Shown piece by piece: positions 19,520 to 29,192 of a stretch of DNA of 32,000 nt. The DNA is from Vibrio vulnificus CMCP6 (GTDB lineage: Bacteria > Pseudomonadota > Gammaproteobacteria > Enterobacterales > Vibrionaceae). The position numbers were made by a program, and so were the translations under genes. The stretch covers positions 420,001 to 452,000 of the forward strand of contig NC_004460.2 of the NCBI RefSeq assembly GCF_000039765.1. Direction: 5' to 3'. Below the pieces are notes generated by a model, which was given only the letters and a program-made list of their open reading frames with translations, was not told the DNA's origin and ran no database searches. The stretch's first letter is position 1; each line of letters begins with the position of its first letter.

Positions 19520-20905
19520 ATGCTTAACCCCATTACCGCGAAAGCGGTTATTGATCATGCCCTATTTCTAGGGGCCGACTTTGCGGAGTTGTTTGTCGAA
19601 CATCATCAGACAAACAGCATTCAATTCAACTCTCAGGAAGTCGACAAAATAAACTCTGGTATCGATTTTGGTATTGGTATCCGACTCTTCTTCGGCCATA
19701 AAGTCCTGTATGGTTTTACCAACAGCACCGAAGAAAGTGAGTTGAAACGCGTGACTAGCCTCCTCGCGGCAAAAGACAAGCGCGATCAAATCGCTCAAGC
19801 TGGCTCATTGAATCTCATTCGATATCCCGTACAACACGTATCACATCAGCCACTCAGCAAAGACCCGTATTTGGATTCAAAAATTGCCTTCTTGCATCAA
19901 GCGGATCTTGCCGCTCGAGCACAAAGTGACAAGATTACGCAGTTCATGGGCTCAGTATTACAACGTGAGCAGCAAATTGAGATCTTTAACTCAGAAGGTT
20001 TGCATATCGGTGATACACGACACTACATCCGTGTTGCAACAAACGCTGTAGCCCAAGATGGCAGCGAGCAAAGCGTTGGTATGGAAGGCCCTGGCGCATT
20101 AATGGGCTGGGAATTTAGCCAGCAATTGGACGCAAAAGCACTAGGACAAGAAGTGGCAGAACAAGCACTGGTGAAGTTGAATGCCGATGTCTGCCCTTCT
20201 GGTGAAATGCCCGTCGTGATTGGCAACGGTTTTGGTGGCGTTATTTTCCATGAAGCCTGTGGTCACTTACTAGAAACCACCTCTGTTGCCAAAAAAGCGT
20301 CTGTTTTCCATGACAAAATGGGCGAAATGATCGCACATTCTGCTGTGAGCGCCGTCGACGATGGCACCATGACCAACGAATGGGGCTCGATTCATATTGA
20401 CGATGAAGGCATGGAGACTCAACGCACTCAGCTTATTAAAGATGGCAAGCTTACCAGCTTCATGGTCGACAAAATGGGTGGCCTAAAAACCGGTTACGCG
20501 CCAACGGGCTCAGGCCGACGCCAAAACTATAAATTCGCACCAACCTCTCGCATGAGAAATACCTTTATTGAAGAAGGTGATAGTACTTTCGATGAGATGA
20601 TCTCAAGCATTGAGAAAGGCATTTACGCGAAAAAGTTAGGCGGTGGTTCGGTTCAACCCGGTACAGGTGAATTTAACTTCGCCGTACGTGAAGCGTACCT
20701 CATCGAAAATGGCAAAATCACTAAACCATTAAAAACCGCGACCCTCATTAGCACCGGGCCCAAAGTTCTCAAAGAGATCAGCATGGTAGGTAAAGACATG
20801 GCTCTTGCACCTGGTATGTGTGGTTCGGTCAGTGGCTCAGTTCCGACCACCGTCGGCCAGCCCTCGTTGAAAGTGGATAAGATTCTCGTTGGAGGTGGTA
20901 ACTAA
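19520..20905 (+). CDS. TldD-like metallopeptidase subunit
   Basis: Zn-binding motif GVIFHEACGHLLE, DDGTMTNEWGSIHIDDEGMETQRTQLIKDGKL, TPTGSGRR-like APTGSGRRQNY, and C-terminal TTVGQPSLKVDKILVGG. Confidence 0.9.
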   Translation: MLNPITAKAVIDHALFLGADFAELFVEHHQTNSIQFNSQEVDKINSGIDFGIGIRLFFGHKVLYGFTNSTEESELKRVTSLLAAKDKRDQIAQAGSLNLIRYPVQHVSHQPLSKDPYLDSKIAFLHQADLAARAQSDKITQFMGSVLQREQQIEIFNSEGLHIGDTRHYIRVATNAVAQDGSEQSVGMEGPGALMGWEFSQQLDAKALGQEVAEQALVKLNADVCPSGEMPVVIGNGFGGVIFHEACGHLLETTSVAKKASVFHDKMGEMIAHSAVSAVDDGTMTNEWGSIHIDDEGMETQRTQLIKDGKLTSFMVDKMGGLKTGYAPTGSGRRQNYKFAPTSRMRNTFIEEGDSTFDEMISSIEKGIYAKKLGGGSVQPGTGEFNFAVREAYLIENGKITKPLKTATLISTGPKVLKEISMVGKDMALAPGMCGSVSGSVPTTVGQPSLKVDKILVGGGN

Positions 20906-22248
20906 TGAGTCAGAAACAAACACTGCTTAACGCCATCGATCATCTTTTGGCGGAAACCCAAAAGCGTGGCGCACAAGCGGACATCATCGCGCAAGCCAAT
21001 GACAACTTTTCGCTCAAAGCCAATAAAGGCCAGCTGGACGAATACAAAGTCAGTACTTCACAGGTTATCGGTATTCGGGTGGTCAAAGATGACCGTGTAG
21101 CAACCAGTTACTCTGAGTCTCTCGCAACAGAAAGCCTCGACATGATGCTTAATAATGCGTTAGAAAGTGCCAAATACGCCAAGATTGACCCTCACCAAAA
21201 AATCAGTGTGGTCGGCAGTCAAATCATCAGCGACTACGCGGAGCTTAATCAAGAGTGTGATGCCACAGTCGATGACAAAATCGCTTTGAGTTTGCGCTTG
21301 GAACAAGGTGTCGTAAGCCGCCCACACGCAACAAGCTCGCCGTACAACGGCTATAGTGATAACCGCTCGCAAATTTTGATTGCAAACAGCCAAGGGACAC
21401 TTTGCGAGCAGGCGGAACGTTATCACTCGGCTTACGCCTACACGCTGTTTGAAAAAGAGGGCAAGCAATCTATGGCGGGGGCGATGAGCATTGGCCGACG
21501 TTATATCGATCTCGATCCTGAGTATTGCATTGAAGCAGGTTACCAACTCGCCAAAGATCTGCTCGATGGCGAAGCGGTGGCGACGGGTAACTATGCGGTC
21601 ATTTTCGATATTGATGCCCTAAGCGAATTGTTTGGCGCGTTTTCAGCTTGTTTTTCTGCCTCTGTGGCGATGAAAGGCTTAAGCCCTCTGCGCGATAAGG
21701 TTGGCAGCGTGATCGCCAGTCCACTTATTTCTTTCTCCAGTAAAGCCTATGTAGAAGGCGGGTTCCGTATCCATAGCTTTGACAGCGAAGGTTTTGCCGC
21801 GCGTGATTTGGTATTGATCGGCGACGGTGAACTCAACTCTCTGCTGCACAACAGTCAAACGGCCTCTTTCTTTGGTGTTGAAAACACTGGGCATGCATCA
21901 CGTGGACCAAAAGAAGGCTTGGAAATTTCAGCACACCATAAAGTGATTAACGCTGGCACAAGTAGCTTCTCAGAAGTCACTGCTGGCGAGTATCTCGAGC
22001 TTGTTGAGCTGCAAGGAGTACACTCTGGCGCAGATTTTATCAGTGGCGATTTCTCATTTGGCGCAAGCGGATTCCTTTGTCGAGACGGCCAAAGAATCCA
22101 ACCCGTACGTGGCATTACGGTCGCAGGTAATTTCTATCAAATGTTGAAAGAGGTTGATGCGTTAGGGTCGGTACTTGAATCCAACGACGGCGGCTCATTC
22201 TTCGCACCAAAGGTACGTTTCTCTCGCTTGAGCATAGGCGGGAAATAG
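20905..22248 (+). CDS. TldE/PmbA-like partner subunit
   Basis: PmbA-type features (SPYNGYSDNRS, RDLVLIGDGELNSLLHNSQTA, GASGFLCRDGQRIQPVRGITVAGNFYQMLKEV). No HExxxH motif. The ATG overlaps the stop codon of the upstream gene by one base (TAATG). Confidence 0.88.
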   Translation: MSQKQTLLNAIDHLLAETQKRGAQADIIAQANDNFSLKANKGQLDEYKVSTSQVIGIRVVKDDRVATSYSESLATESLDMMLNNALESAKYAKIDPHQKISVVGSQIISDYAELNQECDATVDDKIALSLRLEQGVVSRPHATSSPYNGYSDNRSQILIANSQGTLCEQAERYHSAYAYTLFEKEGKQSMAGAMSIGRRYIDLDPEYCIEAGYQLAKDLLDGEAVATGNYAVIFDIDALSELFGAFSACFSASVAMKGLSPLRDKVGSVIASPLISFSSKAYVEGGFRIHSFDSEGFAARDLVLIGDGELNSLLHNSQTASFFGVENTGHASRGPKEGLEISAHHKVINAGTSSFSEVTAGEYLELVELQGVHSGADFISGDFSFGASGFLCRDGQRIQPVRGITVAGNFYQMLKEVDALGSVLESNDGGSFFAPKVRFSRLSIGGK

Positions 22249-22305
22249 CGCGAAACACGCCATTATTGTCGACCTCGCACTTTCCTAGTGTGGTCATTTG
22301 AATTC

Positions 22306-22327
22306 ACGGAGGGGTTTCCCTCCGTTT
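22306..22327 (+). terminator. Intrinsic terminator downstream of the TldD/TldE-like pair
   Basis: ACGGAGGGGTTTCCCTCCGTTTT. Confidence 0.75.
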
Positions 22328-22487
22328 TCGTTTCTGCTCATCTCCACTTGTCATCAAAACAATACACTTGCAAATACTCAACTTAGAGTTGCGACTCTAT
22401 TTTTATTTCTATCAGAGGAATATAATCGCTCCGCCGTTCGCTTTGAGCTTGTTTGAAGCGACATTTTATCTGAGTAGTGGAGTACGG

Positions 22488-23042
22488 ATGAAAAAACACG
22501 CGGGTTTCACTCTGATCGAATTAGTGGTCGTCATCGTCATATTGGGCATACTCGCCGTGACTGTGGCACCAAGATTCTTAAACCTTCAAGACGATGCCAA
22601 AGTGGCACGGCTAGAAGGCATGCGGGGCGCCATCGCTGCTGGTTTGGCAATGGGATACGGCAAAATGGCCATGGCGGGTTTAGAGCATTATCGTTTCATC
22701 TCGAACAGTGCAACTGACCCAGATATCACACCGCCAACCCCAAAAACCAGCTTACCTTTTACGGGTTGCCAAATTGGTGGCTCTGAGCATTGTACATTTC
22801 TATATGGTTATCCTGATGCCGATGACACTGGCTTAACCATTGTGGTCGCGAATCTCAAAGGGGAAGGCTCGGACTGGCAAGTACTTCGCCACCCTTATGA
22901 TCAGAACAATCCTAAACCACGAGAAGTGGTGGTGGCTGTACGTGGTGATGCCAATGCCAGCATGACACAATGTGGCGTTCGCTATGCACCACCGACAACA
23001 GCAAATGCACAATACGAACTGGAAGTCCTACCCTGCCCTTAA
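22488..23042 (+). CDS. Type IV (MshA-like) pilin / prepilin-like protein
   Basis: Class III signal MKKHAG/FTLIELVVVIVILGILAVTVAPRFLNLQDDAK. Translation starts at 22488 rather than the ORF caller's 22368. Confidence 0.92.
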   Translation: MKKHAGFTLIELVVVIVILGILAVTVAPRFLNLQDDAKVARLEGMRGAIAAGLAMGYGKMAMAGLEHYRFISNSATDPDITPPTPKTSLPFTGCQIGGSEHCTFLYGYPDADDTGLTIVVANLKGEGSDWQVLRHPYDQNNPKPREVVVAVRGDANASMTQCGVRYAPPTTANAQYELEVLPCP

Positions 23043-23076
23043 TACTCGGCAGTTTCAGTCGTTGTTGATGATATTT

Positions 23077-23117
23077 AAGGCCAAATGACAGAGTTACCTC
23101 ATTTGGCCTTATTTTTT
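23077..23117 (+). terminator. Intrinsic terminator downstream of the pilin gene
   Basis: AAGGCCAAATGA-CAGAGTTACC-TCATTTGGCCTTATTTTTT. Confidence 0.88.
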
Positions 23118-23376
23118 AACTCTTGCGCCGATCTTTGCGCCCGTATTGATGCAAATCGAACAAGTTTGATATTTATCATATATTGCATGCATCACTTTCA
23201 CCAACACATAACACCATTTAAACCACCAATATACATGACATCTCTCTATTGAGTTTTATTAAAGCAAAATTTGCTTTAGATCATTCAAAGCTCAACTAGC
23301 CCTCGTGCTACAGAACGCTTTTCTGTACATTCATTGACACATATTGAAACAGTTCTTCCTCATTTTTTAATATTTC

Positions 23377-24756
23377 ATGGAGATTTCTATGCTAGAGCTC
23401 TTAATTGGACTGGTAGTGACCGTTGCGGTTGGTTACTTCATTGTCAAGGGTTACAAAGCGGCAGGTGTGCTACTGACCGCGGGTGTTCTTCTACTGATCC
23501 TAACAGGCGTTCTTGGCCACACTGTCTTGCCTGCCAAAATCACCTCAACAGGTAACATGATCACAGACTCATTAGAGTACGTGAAGTTTATGCTGCAAAA
23601 TCGGGGTGGCGGTTTAGGGATGCAGATCATGTTGCTTTGCGGTTTCGCCGCTTACATGACACATATCGGCGCGAATAATGTCGTTGTAAAACAGTTTTCT
23701 AAACCACTTTCTGTCATTAAATCGCCTTACGTTTTGTTGGTAGCCGCCTATATTGTTGCGTGCTTAATGTCTCTTGCCGTGAGCTCTGCAACTGGTCTGG
23801 GTGTGCTTTTGATGGCAACCCTTTTCCCAATGATGACTGCAATGGGGATTTCTCGCCCGGCGGCAGCTGCCGTGTGTGCGTCACCCGCTGCGATCATTTT
23901 GTCCCCGACTTCTGGTGACGTTGTTATTGCTGCGGAAAAATCAGGCCTCGCTTTGGATGTCTTTGCAGTTCAAACCGTTCTGCCTGTCTCCATTTGTGCA
24001 ATCATTGTCATGTCGGTCGCCGCTTTCTTCTGGAACAAATACCTTGATAAGAAAGACAACACCCCAATGGAAAAGATCGATGTTTCGGAAATCAAAGCCG
24101 ATGCACCTGCATTCTATGCGCTGCTTCCATTCCTACCGATCATTGGTGTTTTCTTATTTAATGGCCGCACCATTCCTGGATTAAGCCTCGATATCTATAC
24201 CATTGTTGTACTGTCGATCTTTATCGGTGCTTTGGTTCACTACGTGGTGAACAAGTTTGATGGTAAGAAATCACTCGAAGATCTCGATGCGTGTTACGAC
24301 GGCATGGCAGATGCCTTCAAAGGCGTTGTGATGTTATTGGTTGCCGCTGGCGTATTTGCCCAAGGCCTTATGTCGATCGGCGCGATTGACAACCTTCTTC
24401 ATCTTGCAGAAACCGCAGGTGCAGGTGGTATCGCGCTCATGCTGATTTTGACTGGTCTTACGGTTGCAGCCGCTATTGCAACGGGATCGGGTAATGCCCC
24501 TTTCTACGCGTTTGTGGAGCTCGCTCCATCTCTGGCCGCAAAAATGGGACTGAATCCAGCATTCTTGATTATTCCAATGTTGCAAGCCTCTAACCTTGGT
24601 CGCACCATTTCTCCCGTTTCTGGCGTGGTGGTGGCTACCTCTGGTATGGCACACATCAGCCCATTTGAAGTAGTAAAACGCACTTCTGTTCCTGTGCTAG
24701 CGGGCTTGATTACCGTCATCCTTGGCACAATGATATTGGTACCAATGAGCGCCTAA
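23377..24756 (+). CDS. DcuC-family anaerobic C4-dicarboxylate transporter
   Basis: Multi-TM protein with GYFIVKGYKAAGVLLTAGVLLL, SATGLGVLLMATLFPMMTAMGISRPAAAAVCASPAAIILSPTSGDVVIAAE and GNAPFYAFVELAPSLAAKMG, characteristic of DcuC. Confidence 0.88.
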   Translation: MEISMLELLIGLVVTVAVGYFIVKGYKAAGVLLTAGVLLLILTGVLGHTVLPAKITSTGNMITDSLEYVKFMLQNRGGGLGMQIMLLCGFAAYMTHIGANNVVVKQFSKPLSVIKSPYVLLVAAYIVACLMSLAVSSATGLGVLLMATLFPMMTAMGISRPAAAAVCASPAAIILSPTSGDVVIAAEKSGLALDVFAVQTVLPVSICAIIVMSVAAFFWNKYLDKKDNTPMEKIDVSEIKADAPAFYALLPFLPIIGVFLFNGRTIPGLSLDIYTIVVLSIFIGALVHYVVNKFDGKKSLEDLDACYDGMADAFKGVVMLLVAAGVFAQGLMSIGAIDNLLHLAETAGAGGIALMLILTGLTVAAAIATGSGNAPFYAFVELAPSLAAKMGLNPAFLIIPMLQASNLGRTISPVSGVVVATSGMAHISPFEVVKRTSVPVLAGLITVILGTMILVPMSA

Positions 24757-24792
24757 TCGCCTCATATTCTTCATCCTACGTCTGTTTTCTTC

Positions 24793-24822
24793 AAGGCCGA
24801 GCTCTACTGCTTGGCCTTTTTC
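24793..24822 (+). terminator. Probable intrinsic terminator downstream of the DcuC-like gene
   Basis: AAGGCC-GAGCTCTACTGCTT-GGCCTTTTT. Confidence 0.6.
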
Positions 24823-24960
24823 ATGTTGGGAAAATATCGACTTATTCATAGAAATAAATGTGCAATCAGTCGCGGTTGCAATACGGTATAAGATTCGAAA
24901 TTTGCCTTTCATGTCAATTGGTTATATAAAAAACCAAAGCATAGACAAATAGGATTTATC

Positions 24961-25551
24961 ATGACTACATTCATCGTTTTTATTGTTCTCACATTGCTGA
25001 TCGTTGTATACGCGATCAGCATCTACAACAAGTTAGTGACTTTGCGAAACCGTTTTAAAAACAGCTTCGCCCAAATCGAAGTGCAGCTCAAACGACGTTA
25101 TGACCTTATCCCGAATCTCGTAAACACCGCTAAAGGGTATATGGAACACGAGAAAGAGACATTTGAACGTGTGATTCAAGCTCGTAACCAAGCACTTTCA
25201 GGTTTAAAAGCGGCGAGCGCTGCGCCAGACAGCGACTCTGCGATCAGCTTACTCAGCCAAGCGGAAGGGGTATTACAAAATGCACTAAGCAAACTCAATG
25301 TTGTGGTGGAAGCCTACCCAGAACTGAAAGCGAATGAAACCATGGCCCAGCTCCAAGAAGAGCTCACCAGCACCGAAAATAAAGTCGCCTTTGCCCGCCA
25401 AGCTTTTAACGACTCCGTCACCAGTTACAACACATACAAACAAACCTTCCCCCCTGTGCTATTTGCAAATATGTTTGGTTTCCTTGATGGAAAACTCCTT
25501 GAGTTTGCCGACAGTGAAGCGATTCAAGAAGCGCCTAAGGTGACCTTCTAA
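24961..25551 (+). CDS. lemA: LemA family protein
   Basis: YNKLVTLRNRFKNSFAQIEVQLKRRYDLIPNLVNTAKGYMEHEKETFERVIQARNQA is the LemA signature. Confidence 0.95.
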   Translation: MTTFIVFIVLTLLIVVYAISIYNKLVTLRNRFKNSFAQIEVQLKRRYDLIPNLVNTAKGYMEHEKETFERVIQARNQALSGLKAASAAPDSDSAISLLSQAEGVLQNALSKLNVVVEAYPELKANETMAQLQEELTSTENKVAFARQAFNDSVTSYNTYKQTFPPVLFANMFGFLDGKLLEFADSEAIQEAPKVTF

Positions 25552-27404
25552 TGGATTTCTTTCAGCATCAAGATGTCGCTCGGCAGCGCACTGGGCTGTT
25601 GGTTTTTCTGTTTATCTTTGCCGTGCTCACCATCACTGCTTTGGTGAGTACTCTGTCGATCGCGATCTATTTGGGGGTAACAGAAACCCCTTTCGATCCG
25701 CACACTGCGGTAAGCTACAGTCTCATTTGCTTTGCCGGTGTCGCTTTTGTCATCGCTATGAGCTCCTTAATTCGCCTCTCAGATCTCAAATCCAATGGGG
25801 GGCGTGGTGTCGCCGAGAGTATGGGCGGGAAACTCATTTCTACCGACACCACGAGTAGCAAACATCGTCAACTTTTGAACGTCGTTGAAGAGATGGCGAT
25901 TGCCGCAGGTGTTCCTGTGCCACCGGTTTATTTGATGGAACACGAACGGGGAATCAATGCCTTCGCTGCTGGAATGAACATTGATGACGCCGTAATTGGT
26001 ATCACTCAGGGTGCACTAGACAGCTTTAGCCGAGATGAACTGCAAGGGGTCATCGCTCATGAGTTTAGTCATATATTAAACGGTGACATGCGCCTGAATA
26101 CACGTCTAATCGGCATATTGTTTGGCATCACTTGTATCGCGCACTTTGGTCATCTGGTTCTCGACAACATGCCTCGCTCAAGCCGGGTATCACGTAGTTC
26201 ATCCGATTCAGACAAAGGCTTTACCATCATTTTTATGATTGCACTGGTCTGCTTGGTTTTAGGTTGGCTTGGCACTCTGTTTGGCTCAATGATCAAAGCG
26301 GCGATTTCAAGGCAACGTGAGTTTCTTGCAGATGCCAGTGCCGTGCAATTCACTCGTAATGATCAAGGGATCGCTGGTGCACTAAAAAAAATTGGCGGCT
26401 ATTCGTATGGCTCAACACTCGATGCTCGTTCCACGAGTGAATTTAGCCATATGATGTTTGGGCAAGCCCAACTTTCTGGACTGTCGGGATTTTTTGCAAC
26501 TCACCCACCTCTAGAAGAAAGAATTCGACGTATTGAACCTCAGTGGGACGGCAGTTTTAAAAGGGCATCATCGCAACAGGCCCCAGCCTTTGACAGCCAA
26601 ATGTCGAGTGGATTTTCGTCTCAACAACATTCGCAATACGTAGAAGAAGTGCCATCTTCTGATCAACTCAGCGAAATTGGTCAACAACTCATTGGTCAAT
26701 TGCCCCAACCGTTGATCGACATTGCTCGTGAACCCTACAGCGCACGTTTTATTGCCTTCGCTTTAATTCATGATGGAAGTGACCGTCAAAGAGAGATGAT
26801 AAAATGCCATGTACCGCCAGCCTCTCAGCCTCAACTGCTCCCTTGGTTGGATCATGACATTCCAGCTCATTTGCGCTTACCGCTTCTTGAGCTTTCAATT
26901 CCTGCCCTGAAAGCGCTCAGTGAAGGACAAAGAGCGCGATTCTGCCAAGTATTGCGTGACCTTGCCCTCGCGGATGATCACTACTCACTCGCAGAGTGGT
27001 GCGTCGTCAATTTGTTGGAGAAGCAGCTCCTAACCTCCTTTGGTAAAGCGCCTCAACGTAAATCAATTAAGCAACTCCAAGAGAGTGTGGTGTGGCTGCT
27101 TAGAGAATTAGCGTGGGTGTGCCACACCGATCCAGTGAGTGCGCAAAGCGCTTATAATCAATCACTTGCACTATTAGGGCTAGCATCGCACCCTCTTGAA
27201 CCCGCCCATCATAACTGGAAGTTAAGCCGTGCTGCGTTGGAGTTACTCTTGCAACTCAAGATTGCAGATAGAAAAACGTTTGTTAAGGCATGCCGGTTAG
27301 CCATTGAGTCCGACGGTCAAATTAGCGTCGCTGAAGGCGAGTTATATCGAGTGATTGCGTGCTTTCTTGAAGTTCCGGTCCCACCGTTAACCATGTCATC
27401 TTAG
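25551..27404 (+). CDS. M48 family metallopeptidase with long C-terminal region
   Basis: Zn motif LQGVIAHEFSHILNGDMRLN, N- and mid-region TM segments, AISRQREFLADASAVQFTRN. ATG overlaps the LemA stop by one base. Confidence 0.93.
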   Translation: MDFFQHQDVARQRTGLLVFLFIFAVLTITALVSTLSIAIYLGVTETPFDPHTAVSYSLICFAGVAFVIAMSSLIRLSDLKSNGGRGVAESMGGKLISTDTTSSKHRQLLNVVEEMAIAAGVPVPPVYLMEHERGINAFAAGMNIDDAVIGITQGALDSFSRDELQGVIAHEFSHILNGDMRLNTRLIGILFGITCIAHFGHLVLDNMPRSSRVSRSSSDSDKGFTIIFMIALVCLVLGWLGTLFGSMIKAAISRQREFLADASAVQFTRNDQGIAGALKKIGGYSYGSTLDARSTSEFSHMMFGQAQLSGLSGFFATHPPLEERIRRIEPQWDGSFKRASSQQAPAFDSQMSSGFSSQQHSQYVEEVPSSDQLSEIGQQLIGQLPQPLIDIAREPYSARFIAFALIHDGSDRQREMIKCHVPPASQPQLLPWLDHDIPAHLRLPLLELSIPALKALSEGQRARFCQVLRDLALADDHYSLAEWCVVNLLEKQLLTSFGKAPQRKSIKQLQESVVWLLRELAWVCHTDPVSAQSAYNQSLALLGLASHPLEPAHHNWKLSRAALELLLQLKIADRKTFVKACRLAIESDGQISVAEGELYRVIACFLEVPVPPLTMSS

Positions 27405-27411
27405 GCCCTTC

Positions 27412-27447
27412 ATTAAAAGAGGATGCTCATGAGCATCCTCTTTTAAT
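27412..27447. terminator. 36-bp perfect palindrome, probable terminator downstream of the M48 gene
   Basis: ATTAAAAGAGGATGCTCATGAGCATCCTCTTTTAAT, perfectly self-complementary over 18+18 bp. Confidence 0.7.
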
Positions 27448-27747
27448 ACTCGAGATAACACCTTCTCTTCCTAATGCATCCTGTATTCACGCTATCGCGT
27501 TGCTCATAGTTCAGACTCAAGATGCAGTTTGTCATCCAAGCCCCCCCAACGTTCAAACAACGATAAAACCTCTTCCACTATTTGGATATAACCTTTTGCT
27601 GTTGAAAGTGATGCATTTATTTGCAGCAATCACACAAATTATGTATTCAACTGCAAACTTGAAAATACTTATGTGACACACATCGCCTACAGAACTTATT
27701 GATAACCTTAGTATTTGCCCGAAATCACAATAAGGTATAACAGAAGA

Positions 27748-29112
27748 ATGAAACACTCTAAAACGACCCTCGCTTTCCTCATTAGCACTGCATTAATTGG
27801 AGGCTGTAGCAACGATACCGATTACATTGATGTGCATCCTAAAGAGGTAAAAATTGCCACTTTTAATCTCTCGTTTGATAGAAACACCTTTAAAGATCTC
27901 GTGGATGAAATGCAAGTAGCGCCAGAACAGCAACATCTGTTAGTCACATCCTACTTAGATGGCAGCATCGCAGAACAAGATAAAGTGAGAGCAGAAAAAG
28001 TCATCCAAATCCGAAATGTTGCTGCAATCATCCAAAAAAATCGACCTGATGTATTGCTAATGGCTGAATACAACAACGATGGCACTGGTGAAAATAAAGC
28101 AGCACTTGTGGGCTTTCAAAACAACTATCTTTCTGTGGCCCAAAGCAACGATGGCGCTGGTGGTAACGCAAATTTAGAGCCGATTGAATATCCCTATGCC
28201 GAATCGTACTCAACGAATACTGGCTTAGTCAGCCCCTTCGACCTAGACAATAATGGTACTGCTGGCCAACTTCCCGGCGACGCATGGGGCTTTGGCTTCT
28301 ATCATGGCCAATACGCCTTTGCCTTAATGTCGAAGTACAAAATTGATACAGAAAATACAAGAACATTCCAAACGTTTAAGTGGAAAGATATGGAAGGCGC
28401 TCAGATACCAACGATTACCATTTGCGACGGTTCTCAAAAAATTCCAGATGGCATGCAATGTGGTGATGCTTGGTACACGACAGAAGAGTGGCAAGAAGTC
28501 CGTCTGTCATCGAAAAACCACGTTGATGCTCCAATCATCATTCCAACCGAAAAAGGGGATGAAGTGGTTCACCTACTAATGTCTCACCCGACGCCACCTG
28601 TGTTTGACCCAGGCAAGAACAAGGCACAAAATGGTGCCGAAGTGCAGTTCTGGCATCACTATATCCAAGGCAAAGCATACTTCTACGACGATTCTGGGAA
28701 AACAGGCGGTCTCGCAACAGGCGCTAAATTCGTCATGATGGGAGATCAAAACCTTGATCCCTTAGCCGGCGATGGATTTAGCGACATTATGCAGGCATTA
28801 CATAATGATCCATTAGTGAACCAGAATGTCATGAACGGTAACCTATACCCAACTAGCTATGGCGCTGCAGAACATGCGGTTGATAGTAAATCCACCCACC
28901 CTATTCCAAACCGCATCACATCAACTTTTGGTCTTGGCGTTGACTATGTTCTACCATCTGCCAACTTGAATGTGGTCAATTCAGGAGTGTACTGGGCGGC
29001 ATCATACGAAGAGGGTCGCAAGCTGTTTAATGACCCGAGAATTGGCAAATTTGGCAATGGTAAAGACGTCTCTTCAGACCACCGAATGATTTGGATTCAA
29101 GCTCAGTTCTAA
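27748..29112 (+). CDS. Secreted lipoprotein of the endonuclease/exonuclease/phosphatase family
   Basis: Lipobox ALIGG-C. ATFNLSFDR, VLLMAEYNNDG, MMGDQNLDPLAGDG and SDHRMIW match EEP-family motifs. ORF caller start 27715; ATG 27748 gives a proper signal peptide. Confidence 0.82.
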   Translation: MKHSKTTLAFLISTALIGGCSNDTDYIDVHPKEVKIATFNLSFDRNTFKDLVDEMQVAPEQQHLLVTSYLDGSIAEQDKVRAEKVIQIRNVAAIIQKNRPDVLLMAEYNNDGTGENKAALVGFQNNYLSVAQSNDGAGGNANLEPIEYPYAESYSTNTGLVSPFDLDNNGTAGQLPGDAWGFGFYHGQYAFALMSKYKIDTENTRTFQTFKWKDMEGAQIPTITICDGSQKIPDGMQCGDAWYTTEEWQEVRLSSKNHVDAPIIIPTEKGDEVVHLLMSHPTPPVFDPGKNKAQNGAEVQFWHHYIQGKAYFYDDSGKTGGLATGAKFVMMGDQNLDPLAGDGFSDIMQALHNDPLVNQNVMNGNLYPTSYGAAEHAVDSKSTHPIPNRITSTFGLGVDYVLPSANLNVVNSGVYWAASYEEGRKLFNDPRIGKFGNGKDVSSDHRMIWIQAQF

Positions 29113-29164
29113 CCCTGTTTAAATCTCGATAGTGGCACACTGCACCATCAATGTGAGCCAGTAA

Positions 29165-29192
29165 TATGCCAGCGAATACAGCTGGCATTTTT
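29165..29192 (+). terminator. Intrinsic terminator downstream of the EEP-family gene
   Basis: ATGCCAGCGAATACAGCTGGCATTTTTTT. Confidence 0.8.
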
